NCBI RefSeq assembly: GCF_902713615.1
Contig: NC_052147.1
Span: 21,626,276 to 21,690,275, forward strand
DNA length: 64,000 nt
From: Scyliorhinus canicula
Lineage: Eukaryota
Reading direction: 5' to 3'
Of this stretch, positions 1-9,744 are shown piece after piece. The notes under the pieces are model-generated. The model had not been told where the DNA came from. It saw only the letters and a program-made list of their open reading frames with translations, and did not search any database. Numbering within the stretch: position 1 is the stretch's first letter; each line of letters opens with the position of its first letter. A program made the translations under genes and the position numbers.

Positions 1-305
1 TACCGGTGCCCAGTCCAGGATACCAATGACCATGACGGACCGTCCCCCTGGGTCCGTGACCATCCTTATCGCTGTGAACCTCATCCTCTTACTAATCAGG
101 ATGGCTGCCCCCAAGTTCTCGTCCCGTAACATGAATGGTACATCTGTCCCATCCAGCCCTTCCTTGCCCGCAATTGATCCTTCTCCATTTGGTGCGTCTC
201 TTGAAAGACTATGTCGGCTTTCAAACTTCTCAAATGGCCGAAGACTCTGGATCTTTTCGCTGGGCTGCTCTCTGACGTTCCAGTTGATAATCCTGGTGGG
301 GGGGT
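1..305 (-). mobile_element. L1-clade LINE ORF2 N-terminus (AP-endonuclease), decayed; runs off window start
   Basis: Minus-strand translation with frameshifts gives RIINWNVR.../KRSRVFGHLRSLKADIVFQETH...RKGWMGQMYHS.../AAILISKRMRF...DPGGRSVMVIG, matching the WNVRG / QETH / GVAIL / D..GR motifs of L1 endonucleases. 306-760 is probably the upstream spacer of the same element. Confidence 0.85.
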
Positions 306-769
306 TTCTGACCCCTACCCCTCCTGGTCTTGCGGGATCAACCATGCTTACCTGGTGGATGTGCCCCTGCACTCTGGAGTTTCCCTTTGTTAGGGGGCCG
401 TCCAAAATGGCCGTGGCTACTGTTCTCACCATGAGGCTGGGCCCCTGTGCTCCGGGTTTCCCTTTATCCAGGGGGCACCCTACATGGCCGTCAACTGTGT
501 GCACAGCACGCAGGTGCTCCCTGCACTCCGGGGCAATCCCTTTGTTTAGGGATCCTCCAAAGTGACTGCTTACGGCTCCATCTTGTTTCCTCAACCCACA
601 CCTTCCCTGCTGAAGCCAATCTGAGAACTATCCCTTTCTTATCCTTGTATTCCCCTTCTGCTCCCCCTTCCCCCCTCTGTCCCGCCTGCTATCCACTCCC
701 CCCAGCACATGTTTTCCCAATACAATGTGTCTACATCTCTACAGGTGGCTCGTTGGTCCATCCTGTTAA

Positions 770-1110
770 TGGTAGCATTGTGGATAGCACAATGGCTTCA
801 CAGCTCCAGGGTCCCAGGTTCGATTCCGGCTTGGGTCACTGTCTGTGTGGAGTCTGCAGATCCTCCCTGTGTGTGCGTGGGTTTCCTCCGGGTGCTCCGG
901 TTTCCTCCCACAGTCCAAAGATGTGCAGGTTAGGTGGATTGGCCATGCTAAATTGCCCTTAGTGTCCAAAATTGCCCTTAGTGTTGGGTGGGGTTACTGG
1001 GTTATTGGGATAGGGGGAGGTGTTGACCTTGGGTAGGATGCTCTTTCCAAGAGCCGGTGCAGACTCGATGGGCCGAATGGCCTCCTTCTGCACTGTAAAT
1101 TCTATGAAAT
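770..1110 (+). mobile_element. HE1-type V-SINE, full length
   Basis: tRNA-like head with B box GGTTCGATTCC, V-domain TGTGTGGAGTCTGCA...GGGTTTCCTCCGGGTGCTCCGG, CR1-like tail GGGCCGAATGGCCTCCTTCTGCACTGTAAATTCTATG. Confidence 0.9.
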
Positions 1111-1135
1111 TCTATGATACTGAGCTTCACGGTAT

Positions 1136-1370
1136 AGGGTGGCACAGTAGCACAGTGGTCAGCACAGCTGCTTCATAGCTCCAGTGTTCCTGGTTCGATT
1201 CCCGGCTTGGGTCACTGTCTATGTGGAGTCTGCCGCTCTCCCCATGTGTGCGTGGATTTCCTTCGGGTGCTCTGGTTTCCTCCCCCAGTCCAAAGGTGTG
1301 TAGGTTAGGTGGATTGGCCATTCTAAATTGCTATTAGTGTCCAAAATGGTTAAGTGGGGTTACTGGGTTA
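1136..1370 (+). mobile_element. HE1-type V-SINE, 3'-truncated
   Basis: Same head and V-domain as 770-1110; ends abruptly at GGGGTTACTGGGTTA. Confidence 0.85.
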
Positions 1371-1745
1371 TGTACATGTGTTCCCCTATTAAGTAGCTGG
1401 CCATGTCTACTTCCATCTCTATAGGTTTACCATTAATGAAAAGCACCACTATCTTGCCCTCTTTCACATTGTTAGGTGAATGATTGTTCAAATCATTTGC
1501 AAGGAAATCTTCTACACCATGTACTTGCGATGCGTTGCTGCCATTAACGCTGAGCAGGTTTAGCATGCTCTTAGACCGGTGCCTCAAGTGTCCCTTCCTG
1601 TGGCATGAACAGCATTCTGCTACTTTAAATCTGTAACTTCTGGGAAGTGATTACCTGCACCAGTAACATTCTGCTTTGATCCTCGGTGTTGCATTCACTC
1701 TTCTAAATCTCCTGACTCAGTTTGCTGCTACATTTTCTTCAAGTT
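1371..1745 (-). mobile_element. Old Gypsy gag/protease remnant
   Basis: Minus strand reads ...RFKVAECCSCHRKGHLRH (zinc knuckle), followed by INGKPIEMEVDMASYLIGE (decayed retropepsin EVDTGAS motif). Confidence 0.7.
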
Positions 1746-2208
1746 TAAAACTTCACTTTTGGCGCCACTGCTGACTGCAGCTTCGTGCCCTAACTGATGT
1801 GGGCCAGCGACTACTTGACAAAGGGGCCCAGAACTTGGAGGATACGGTAGAGCTAGCAACTACTATGGAGGTCGCGTTCCGCAGTCTTAACACATTCCCC
1901 GCGGACCAAGCGACCCCATCGTGGGCCCCCGACCAGCGACTGCCCCAGGCCTGCGCCGCGCAGCCACCCACCCACTATGGAGCGCCAGCGTGCCATTTCT
2001 GTGGCCAGCCCCAACACCCACGCCAGCACTGCCCGGCCCGCAACGCGACCTGCAGCAGCTGCGGTCGCAAAGGACATTATGCCAGAGTATGCCTGGCGAA
2101 ATTGAAACCCTCTAACTCCCCCGTAGTCTAGAACACTCGCCCCCCCAACTCGCAGGCCTGCAGACCCCATAATGCTGCAGCGTGTCTGTCGACTCCGCCT
2201 CCGCCCGA

Positions 2209-2406
2209 CACGTGCGACTCATGGGGGCCGCCATCTTGGCAATCCTCCCCCATGCGGCCAGCCATGTGCGAGTCAAGGGGGCCGCCATATTGGACGCCAT
2301 CTTCCTCGCCGCCCACCACGTGCGATCCACTGGGGTGGCCACCTTGGACTCCATCTTCTTCATCATCCGGCACGTACGATCAACGGGGGCCGCCATCTTG
2401 GCCATC
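2209..2406 (+). repeat. Four ~54-57 bp tandem units inside Gypsy gag
   Basis: Repeated CAYGTRCGA..CA..GGGGGCCGCCATCTTGG unit, translating as (T/M)CDxxGPPxWxPSSS-like repeats. Confidence 0.8.
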
Positions 2407-3945
2407 AACCGAAGTTCACCTCGACGACTACGACCTCAGTGGACAGTCATCACGGGGCCACTCCAGCACTGCTGATCGAGCCGGCGACTACCCACAACTC
2501 AACGCAGTCACATTGGACCAGTCGCGTCCGAAGCACCTCCAGAGCTTGATGATGTCCGTTAAAATCAAAGGGTGCCGGACACCGTGCCTCTTCGACTCCA
2601 GGAGCACCGAGAGCTTCGCACATCCTGACCTGGTTAGACGCTGTTCGCTCCCTATCTTCCCTGCATGGCAAACTATCTCCCTCGCCTCGGGCTCACACTC
2701 GGTCCACATACAAGGGCGCACTGTCGCAACCCTAACAATTCAGGGCGCCAGCTACTCTAATTTCCAGCTGTACGTACTCCCCGACCTCTGCGGCCCACTA
2801 TTACTTGGGCTCGATTTCCAATGTAATCTCAAGAGCCTCACACTCACTTCGGCAGACCCCTACCTCCACTCACTATCTGCAGCTTAACGACTCTAAAAAT
2901 CGACCCCCCTCCGCTCTTCGCTAACCTGACGGCTAACTGTAAACCAGTAGCCACTCTCAGCAGGCGGTACAGCCTGCAGGATAGAGTATTCATCAGAGCC
3001 GAAGTCCAGCGGCTCCTGCGTGAGGGGGTCATAGAGGCCAGTAACAGCCCCTGGAGAGCTCAGGTGGTGGTCGTCAAGACCGGAGAAAAGTTCCGGATGG
3101 TGGTTGATTATAGTCAAACCATTAACCGGTTCACGCACCTTGATGCGTATCCCCTCCCCAGAATTGCAGACATGGTCAATCAGATCGCACAGTACCGCAT
3201 ATTCTCCACGGTGGATCTGAAGTCTGCTTACCACCAGCTCCCAATCTGCCCGGAGGACCGCCACTACACGATGTTCGAGGCAGATGGCCGCCTCTTCCAT
3301 TTCCTCCGGTTCCCTTTGGCATCACGAATGGGGTCTCGGTGTTCCAACGAACAATGGACCGAATGGTGGACCAGTACGGGCTGCGGGCCACATTTACGTA
3401 CTTGGACAATGTCACCATCTGCGGCCATGATCAGCAGGACCACGGCGTCAACTTCCACTGATTTCTCCAAACCGCCCAGAAACTCAATCTCACCTACAAT
3501 ATGGAGAAATGCATTTTCCGCACTACCAGACTAGCCATCCTCGGCTATGTCATGGAAAATGGGGTCCTGGGCCCCAACCCGGACCGTATGCGCCCCAGTA
3601 TGCGGACAAAGCCCGCCCACTATTTAAGACCACAATCTTCTCACTGTCAGCTGAGGCCCGCCAGGCCTTCAACTGCATCAAGGAGGACATCGCCAAAGCC
3701 GCCATGTGGGCGGTGGATGAATCCGTCCCCTTTCAGGTGGAGAGCGACGCCTCAGAGGTCGCTCTCGCCGCCACTCTGAACCAGGCAGGGAGACCAGTAG
3801 CTTTCTTCTCCCGAACTCTCTCCGCTTCGGAACTTCGACACTCCTCAGTCGAAAAAGAAGCTCAAGCCATTGTGGAAGCCGTACGGCACTGGCGGCACTA
3901 CCTCACAGGTTTACCCTCATCACCGACCAAAGATCGGTTGCCTTC

Positions 3946-5136
3946 ATGTCCGACAACGCGCAAAGGGGCAAAATAAAAAATGATAAAATCTTGCGGTGGA
4001 GGATCGAACTCTCCACCTATAATTATGATATCATATGTCAACCGGGGAAGCTCAAAGAGCCCCCAGATGCCCTGTCCCGCGGCACATGCGCCAGCGCGCA
4101 AGATGACCGCCTGAAGGCTATCCACAATGACCTTTGCCACCCGGGGGTCACCCGGCTCGCCCACTATGTCAAAGCCCAAAATCTGCCTTTCTCCACCAAG
4201 GAGGTAAAAGCCATCACCAGGAATTGCCCGATCTGCGCGGAGTGCAAACCGCACTTCTGTAGACCAGACAAGGCCCACCTGGTAAAGGCTTCCCGGCCCT
4301 TTGAACACCTGAGCATCGATTTCAAAGGGCCACTCCCCTCGACCAATCGAAATGTGTACTTTCTTAACATCATCGACGAATTCTCCCACTTCCCCATTGC
4401 AATCCCGTGCCCCGATATGACCTCCCACACAGTCATCAGAGCCCTGCACAGTGTCTTCACCCTGTTCGGTTTCCCCAGCTACGTACACAGCAACAGGGGT
4501 TCATCCTTCATGAGCGATGAGCTGCGTCAGTACCTGCTCGACAAGGGCATCGCCTCGAGCAGGACTACCAGCTACAATCCCAGGGGGAACGGGCAGGTGG
4601 AGAGGGAGAACGCGACGGTCTGGAGGACCGTCCTACTGACCCTCCGGTCCAGGAATCTCCCGACCTCCCACTGGCAGGAGGTCCTCCCTGACGCGCTCCA
4701 TGCGATTAGGTCCCTCCTATGCACCACCACCAACCAGACCCCTCACGAACGATTATTTGTTTTCCCTAGGGGCACTACCACGGGTGCTTCACTCCCATCG
4801 TGGTTGAGGACACCGGGCCCAGTTCTCATCCGGAAGCACGTCTGGACACACAAAACGGACCCGCTAGTAGAGAGGGTGCTCCTGCTTCACTCGAACCCCC
4901 ACTACGCCATTATTGAATACCCCGATGGCCGTCAGGACACCGTTTCCCTCCGGGACCTGGCGCCTGCAGGATCCACCACTACCACCACCACCGCCGAGGT
5001 ACCCCTCACACTACACCCCACCCAACCCCCCACGCCCTGCGCCCCCGCGCCTATAGGTTCCCTGCCCACGCTCTGCGCCCCTGCGCCTATAGGTTTCCTG
5101 CGCCCCACCTTTGCTCGTTGCACCGGCCAGGAATGA
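3946..5136 (+). pseudogene. Gypsy pol 3' part (end of RNase H plus integrase), open 396-codon frame
   Basis: HHCC motif IHNDLCH...CPIC; core SIDFKG...HSNRGSSF...QVERENA, with the second catalytic Asp appearing as Asn. Cut off from upstream pol by frameshifts. Confidence 0.9.
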
Positions 5137-5318
5137 AGCTCGGACCGAAACACCCCTGGAGTCCACCCTCATACCCACACCGACCGTCACCACCCAGCCA
5201 CTTGGAGAGGCTGGAACCCCGGTGCTCCGTGGATCCCAAAGGACGACTCGGCCACCGGACCAGCTCAACCTGTAGACCCGTCACCCCCGCCGGACTTGAT
5301 TTTTTTACAGGGGTTGAA

Positions 5319-5612
5319 TGTGGTGGATGTGATTCACACTATTGTATTGTATAGTATTATGTCCTTGTGGGCTCCGTCTGTGAGCCGTCACGCGGCTCTG
5401 CCCATAGGGGGAGATGAGGAGCTTGTACAGGGCTCCACCCTTGGCTCCACCCATGGCTCCGCCAATGGCCCCTCCCACTACTGGAAGTATAAAGTGCTGC
5501 AGCCATGTGAGCCTGCCCTCAGTTCTTCTGGTTGCAGGCAGGCTCAGTTGTAAGACTATTAAAACCACAATTTACTTCCAGTCGTGTTCCGAGTGAATTG
5601 TTGGTCATATCA
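5319..5612 (+). mobile_element. 3' LTR of the Gypsy element
   Basis: Follows TTTTTTACAGGGGTTGAA (PPT-like); starts TGTGGTG and ends CATATCA; internal TATAAA (~5488) and ATTAAA (~5558). Confidence 0.85.
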
Positions 5613-5863
5613 TATATCCAATGGCCTCCTGTCATTCTGCGTCATTGCCGTCCTCCCCAGCAAGTAGTCACGATTAGTACTCCTTTTGAAAAATATGAAC
5701 TTGGCAGAAGGGCTTCTGTGGGGAGCCCAAGAGGTGAGTAGCCATCTTTGCTCACAGGCAAAGAGCCCTGGGGAGCTGGGCTTGCCGCCCCAGTGCTCGG
5801 CGGGAGGTAGTGGCCCTATGGCCAGGGGAGTGGACCCCAGCTGAAGGTGTGGGACCTTCCACT

Positions 5864-6066
5864 AGGGGCTGGTTTAGCTCAACTAGGGGCTGGTTTAGCT
5901 CACTGGGCTAAATTGTTGGCTTTTAAAGCAGACCAAGCAGGCCAGCAGGACGGTTCGATTCCCGTTCCAGCCGCCCTGGACAGGCACCGGAATGTGGCGA
6001 CTAGGGGCTTTTCACAGTAACTTCATTGAAGTCTACTCGTGACAATAAGCGATTTTCATTTCATTT
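5864..6066 (+). mobile_element. Short tRNA-derived SINE (head B + tail Y)
   Basis: GGGCTGGTTTAGCTCACTGGG A box, GGTTCGATTCCC B box, tail CAGGCACCGGAATGTGGCGACTAGGGGCTTTTCACAGTAACTTCATTG...GTGACAATAAG(CATTT)n; 21-bp duplication of the 5' end (5861-5902). Confidence 0.85.
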
Positions 6067-6313
6067 TCCGCAGGGGTGGGTCGTCATGGGAGGGTGGAGA
6101 AGAGGTGCTGGTGGGGGGGGGCAACCACGCATGCACCACCATGCCTACCCCAGGATCGTGTACCCATTCTGGGGTCAACACTTGTCCCTGCCCGTCTGTC
6201 CCACCAACCATCCATAATCCCCATCAACTGCCTATGGCCGTGCGACTGAAGGCTATCGCTGGGGAATTGGAAATCATGGTTAAGTGACCACTTCTCACTG
6301 CGCACAATCAGTA

Positions 6314-6501
6314 TGGGTTGGTTTAGCACAGGGCTAAAGAGCTGACTTTTAAAGCAGACCAAGGCAGGCCAGCAGCACGGTTCAATTCCCGTCCCAGCCT
6401 CCCCGAACAGGCGCCGGAATGTGGCGACTAGGGGTTTTTCACAGTAACTTCATTTGAAGCCGGCTTGTGATAATAAGTGATTTTCATTTCATTTTCATTT
6501 T
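6314..6501 (+). mobile_element. Short tRNA-derived SINE (head B + tail Y)
   Basis: Near-identical to 5864-6066, with (CATTT)n tail. Confidence 0.85.
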
Positions 6502-6981
6502 CACTTCACACATCACAAGTGGATTCCAGTGGGTGGGCGGGCCATGTAGCATGTGGGGTCATTGCCTAGCATCCCAATCACACCCTGATGCATGGACACT
6601 GTGCCTGAACACTGCACGAGGCAACACCACACACACAGCAGCCAACATCCAAACGCCCAGGGGATAGGGCACAGCCGGAGGGTGGCTGAATGCCACGGGG
6701 AGGTGGGGATGCCTGGAGAGATGGGCCAAGGGGTCAGAGATCGAAAGTGATAGAGGCATCATACTGGTTGTGCACAGGGATGTTTATCACATGTGACAAT
6801 TCCCCACTCTTCCAATAGTGCCGCCCGCTCCCCCCCCACCATCCCTACCTATCCCTGCACCTCCTTCCCCTTCCCCGGTGTTCTCAGTGATCCTCGATGT
6901 GCCTTGCCTTCCTAGCCCTACTGCTACATCTAGGTGTGTCCCCAGGGTGCACATCAGCATTGGTGGCAGCCAGCTGCTTAC

Positions 6982-7528
6982 CACATCCCCGTCCGTGTTG
7001 GTGAACGCTCTGTCCTCAGCCACCCCCGGCGCCTCCAGGGCCTGCTCCTCGAAGGTGGTGAGGATTCTTATGTTCGGCACCCCACCACCAGTCTGGGCCC
7101 TCTCCCGGCAATTGTAGGAGAGACTTTCCTGAGGAGACATAAAGAGGGCATTGTTAGTAATGTGTGGTTCACAATGGTGGGAGGGAGGGTGTGAAGGAAG
7201 GTTTGGGGGGGGGGGGTTTAAGGGAGAGGGGGTGGATGGAAGGTTAGGGGTCACGTGGAGAGTTGGGGGTGGATCCTCGCATGGAGCGGAACCGTCTCCG
7301 GGGGGGAGGGGCGGGGATGGTGTCTATTCACTCGTGCTGCCCTGTTCTTCTGGTCACACTCCTGGCGCTCACAGCTGCCACCACCTCGTCCCAGGCAGCC
7401 CTGGATGCCCTGTGACTGACCCTCCTGGACTCTTGGGGGAACAGGGCTTCTCTCCTGGCCTATACCGTGTCTCGGAGCCTGGTCAGATCTGCATCCCAGA
7501 ATCCTGGGGCCGTTCTCCTGCTCTCCAT
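6982..7528 (-). pseudogene. Harbinger-type Myb/SANT-like DNA-binding protein, two exon remnants (7528-7332, 7128-6982)
   Basis: Exon 1 MESRRTAPGFWDADLTRLRDTV*ARREALFP...AAWDEVVAAVSARSVTRRT; exon 2 ESLSYNCRERAQTGGGVPNIRILTTFEEQALE. GT..AG intron between them and a GTAAGC donor after exon 2. Premature stop; the QCRKK.NDL segment is missing. Confidence 0.8.
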
Positions 7529-7534
7529 AAGCAA

Positions 7535-8410
7535 AGAAGATCTGAAAGAAGAGGAACTGAAGCCCTCAGAAGAGGCAATGGCAAATCTCAGAGTTGGCAA
7601 TGGAAGACCTCAAAAAATTGGCAAAAGATGACCTGAGAAAGAAGTCAATAGAAGGCCACAAAGGAGGACAAAAGACTAACCCCAGAGAGAGGGAAATGAA
7701 AGAACCCTGAAGGCGAGCAACAAAAGACCCCAGAAGAAGGGCTATGGAAGACTCCAGAAGGAGGGCCATGGAAGACTCCAGAAGGAGGGCCATGGAAGAC
7801 TCCAGAAGGAGGGCCATGAAAGACTCCAGAAGGAGGGCCATGAAAGACCCCGGAAGGAGGGACATGAAAGACCCCGGAAGGAGGGCCCTGAAAGACCCCT
7901 GAAGGAGGGACATCAAAGACCCCAGAAGGAGGGTCATGAAAGACCCCAAAAGGAGGGCCATGAAGGACCCCTGAAGGAGGGCCATGAAAGATCCCAAAAG
8001 GAGGGCCATGAAAGACCCCAAAAGGAGGGCTGTGAAAGACCCCTGAAGGAGAGCAACAAAATACCCCAAAAGGAGGGCCATAAAAGACCCCTGTAGGAAT
8101 TCTCCGACCGTTCGAAGCCTACAGAATTCTCTGGTCACTCCAGCAGCACACCCCCACCTGCAAATTTCCTGGTGGCATGGGGTGGCTACAATGGGAGTTA
8201 CCATTGACAGAGGTGGGTGCAGAGAATCCAACTGCTAATGAACGACGCGCTATCTCCTGCCGTTGAGAAACATGCCGTTGCGAGGCTGGAGAATCCCTCC
8301 CCCAGAAAGTGGACAATGAAAGACCTCAGAAGGTGGGCAAAAAAAGACCCCAGAAAGAGGACAATAAAAGACCTCAGATGGACAAAAAAGACCCCACAAG
8401 AAGGGCAATG
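7535..8410 (+). repeat. 24-bp minisatellite, consensus ATGAAAGACCCCAGAAGGAGGGCC
   Basis: About 16.5 units in exact 24-nt phase from 7696 to 8092; degenerate units at 7535-7695 and 8299-8410; split by a MITE. Confidence 0.95.
8096..8298. mobile_element. ~200-bp MITE inserted in the minisatellite
   Basis: Termini GAATTCTCC ... GGAGAATCC; similar to 17141-17312, 34722-34893 and 37992-38201. Confidence 0.75.
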
Positions 8411-9040
8411 AGAAAAGTGCAGAATGGAAACAAGTCAGCACTTCATTGGAAACAGACCTGACTAACAGTGAAGCCAAAAAGAGTTTGGCTTAAGTTAAGT
8501 CAAGTAGAAATGAAAGTTCTATTTGTGTAATGTATACATCCAGTAAGAACATGATGGATTTCCCTCGGAACGAAACACAGAAATTAAAGAAACTGGGAAC
8601 TATTGAACACAAAGAAGAATGAATAAAAAAGAATTAAAGCTCTGGAGAAGACATTGAAACAACAAGATGAAATGACTGACGGCAAACTCAGAGAATAAAG
8701 AAGTTGCAAACAATAAGTTACAAAATAAGTTGAGAAGAATGAGAAATTAATGAGACAATGTAGAATAAGCTGAACTCCATGAAAAAGAACACATCCAGTG
8801 AAGAATTATATTGGAGAGTAAGAGCTTGAAGAAGAGAAGCTTGGCAATGAGAAACTAACCCAAGAGGTAAAAACATTGAAATTGACATCCGAATCAGCAA
8901 TTCAGACAGGGAAAGAAACTGAGATGACGTGCCAAAAGAAGACTGTTGAAACGGTTGAATGGAAAAGCAAAAGAGCTAATGTGATAAAATGTTGATGATA
9001 AAGATGCTGAATTGAAATGCTGGAAAGAGGAGCAACTTTA
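8411..9040 (+). pseudogene. SYCP1: SYCP1-like processed pseudogene fragment (C-terminal part of the coiled coil)
   Basis: 8822-9035 translates (two frameshifts, one stop) to ELEEEKLGNEKLTQEVKTLKLTSESAIQTGKETEMTCQKKTVETV/MEKQKS*CDKML/DKDAELK, in register with recalled vertebrate SYCP1 EIEDKKISEENLLEEVEKAKVIADEAVKLQKEIDKRCQHKIAEMVALMEKHKHQYDKIIEERDSEL. No introns. Similarity in 8411-8820 is weaker. Confidence 0.75.
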
Positions 9041-9396
9041 GCACACGGCCTAAGTACCAGAAACAGAGTACCATGACCATTCCTTCACATGTGACAGACC
9101 AAGGTTGTGGAAGGACTGTCAAGACATAAAACTTTGTTGTATTGCGATATGTGCCTGCATGCATTATAATGTAAGATGCTCGGCAGATCACCGTCAACGT
9201 GGGACTGGAGAGTGGCACTTCCCACAGAGTGCTCTATGTAGTCACATGGTCTGAGAACACTCTGGGATAGAACTTGGCAAGCAGAGTTTTTGCTTGGGAC
9301 AGCTCCATGCAAGGCCACACTTGGAACTGTGCATGGTTAAAACCTACCAATAATTGTGGGTATGTTTAAACACACGAACCACAAGATCTCATCAAT

Positions 9397-9670
9397 GATT
9401 GGATTTGTTTATTGTCACGTGTACCGAGGTACAGTGAGAAGTATTTTCCTGCGAGCAGCTCAGAAAGATCATTTAGTGCATGAAAAGAAAATACAGAACA
9501 GGCCAACGCAAGGTCAAACATGCAATGGAAGATAAAAGAGAAAGGTTAATGACAGTGTTAGTGTTAGAATTAAATTTTAAGACATTAGTACGGTTACTGG
9601 AGATGTAAAAAGAGGGTCTGTTTGGGAGAGCTCGCAGAGAGTCGACACGCTCCGGCGCCATCTTGGAATG
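9397..9670 (-). mobile_element. Rex1/Babar-type LINE 3' end or derivative
   Basis: GATTGGATTTGTTTATTGTCACGTGTACCGAGGTACAGTG is the reverse complement of the 3' end of the element at 12334-12846. Confidence 0.7.
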
Positions 9671-9744
9671 AGCCACCACCGCTGCAACAATAAAAAAAAC
9701 ATATTAATCACGTGAACATAAAGTTCGGTAGTGGATCAAGTTAG

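Larger units (their letters stand above)
1760..5612 (+). mobile_element. Ty3/Gypsy LTR retrotransposon, 5'-truncated, frameshifted (gag-PR-RT-RH-IN-PPT-3'LTR)
   Basis: Gag double knuckle CHFCGQPQHPRQHC..CSSCGRKGHYARVC (ORF 1799-2131); protease LFDSRSTESF; RT VDYSQTINRFTHLDAYPLPRI, DLKSAYHQ and YLDN; RNase H VESDASEVA..HSSVEKEA; integrase located after RH; purine tract then TG...CA LTR. No 5' LTR visible. Confidence 0.95.
5613..7528. mobile_element. Internally deleted PIF/Harbinger-like DNA transposon remnant
   Basis: GC-rich block carrying a Myb/SANT-like gene remnant on the minus strand; no HARBI1-type nuclease ORF visible; interrupted by two SINEs. Left boundary uncertain. Confidence 0.6.

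Noticed and set aside
26-565. 179-aa + strand ORF
   Set aside because: Antisense to the L1 endonuclease remnant; no independent motif.
709-1036. Recurrent short ORFs such as GHCLCGVC...RGFPPGAPVSSHSPK throughout the window
   Set aside because: Translations of HE1 SINE copies.
5864-5972. tRNA gene (Lys-like)
   Set aside because: No proper cloverleaf; it continues into a SINE tail and recurs in several divergent copies.
7696-8092. Possible CRISPR-like array
   Set aside because: Units are head-to-tail with no unique spacers, in a eukaryotic context.
7566-8231. 221-aa hydrophobic ORF (SFMALLLG)n resembling a membrane protein
   Set aside because: Antisense reading of the 24-bp minisatellite that starts inside a MITE.
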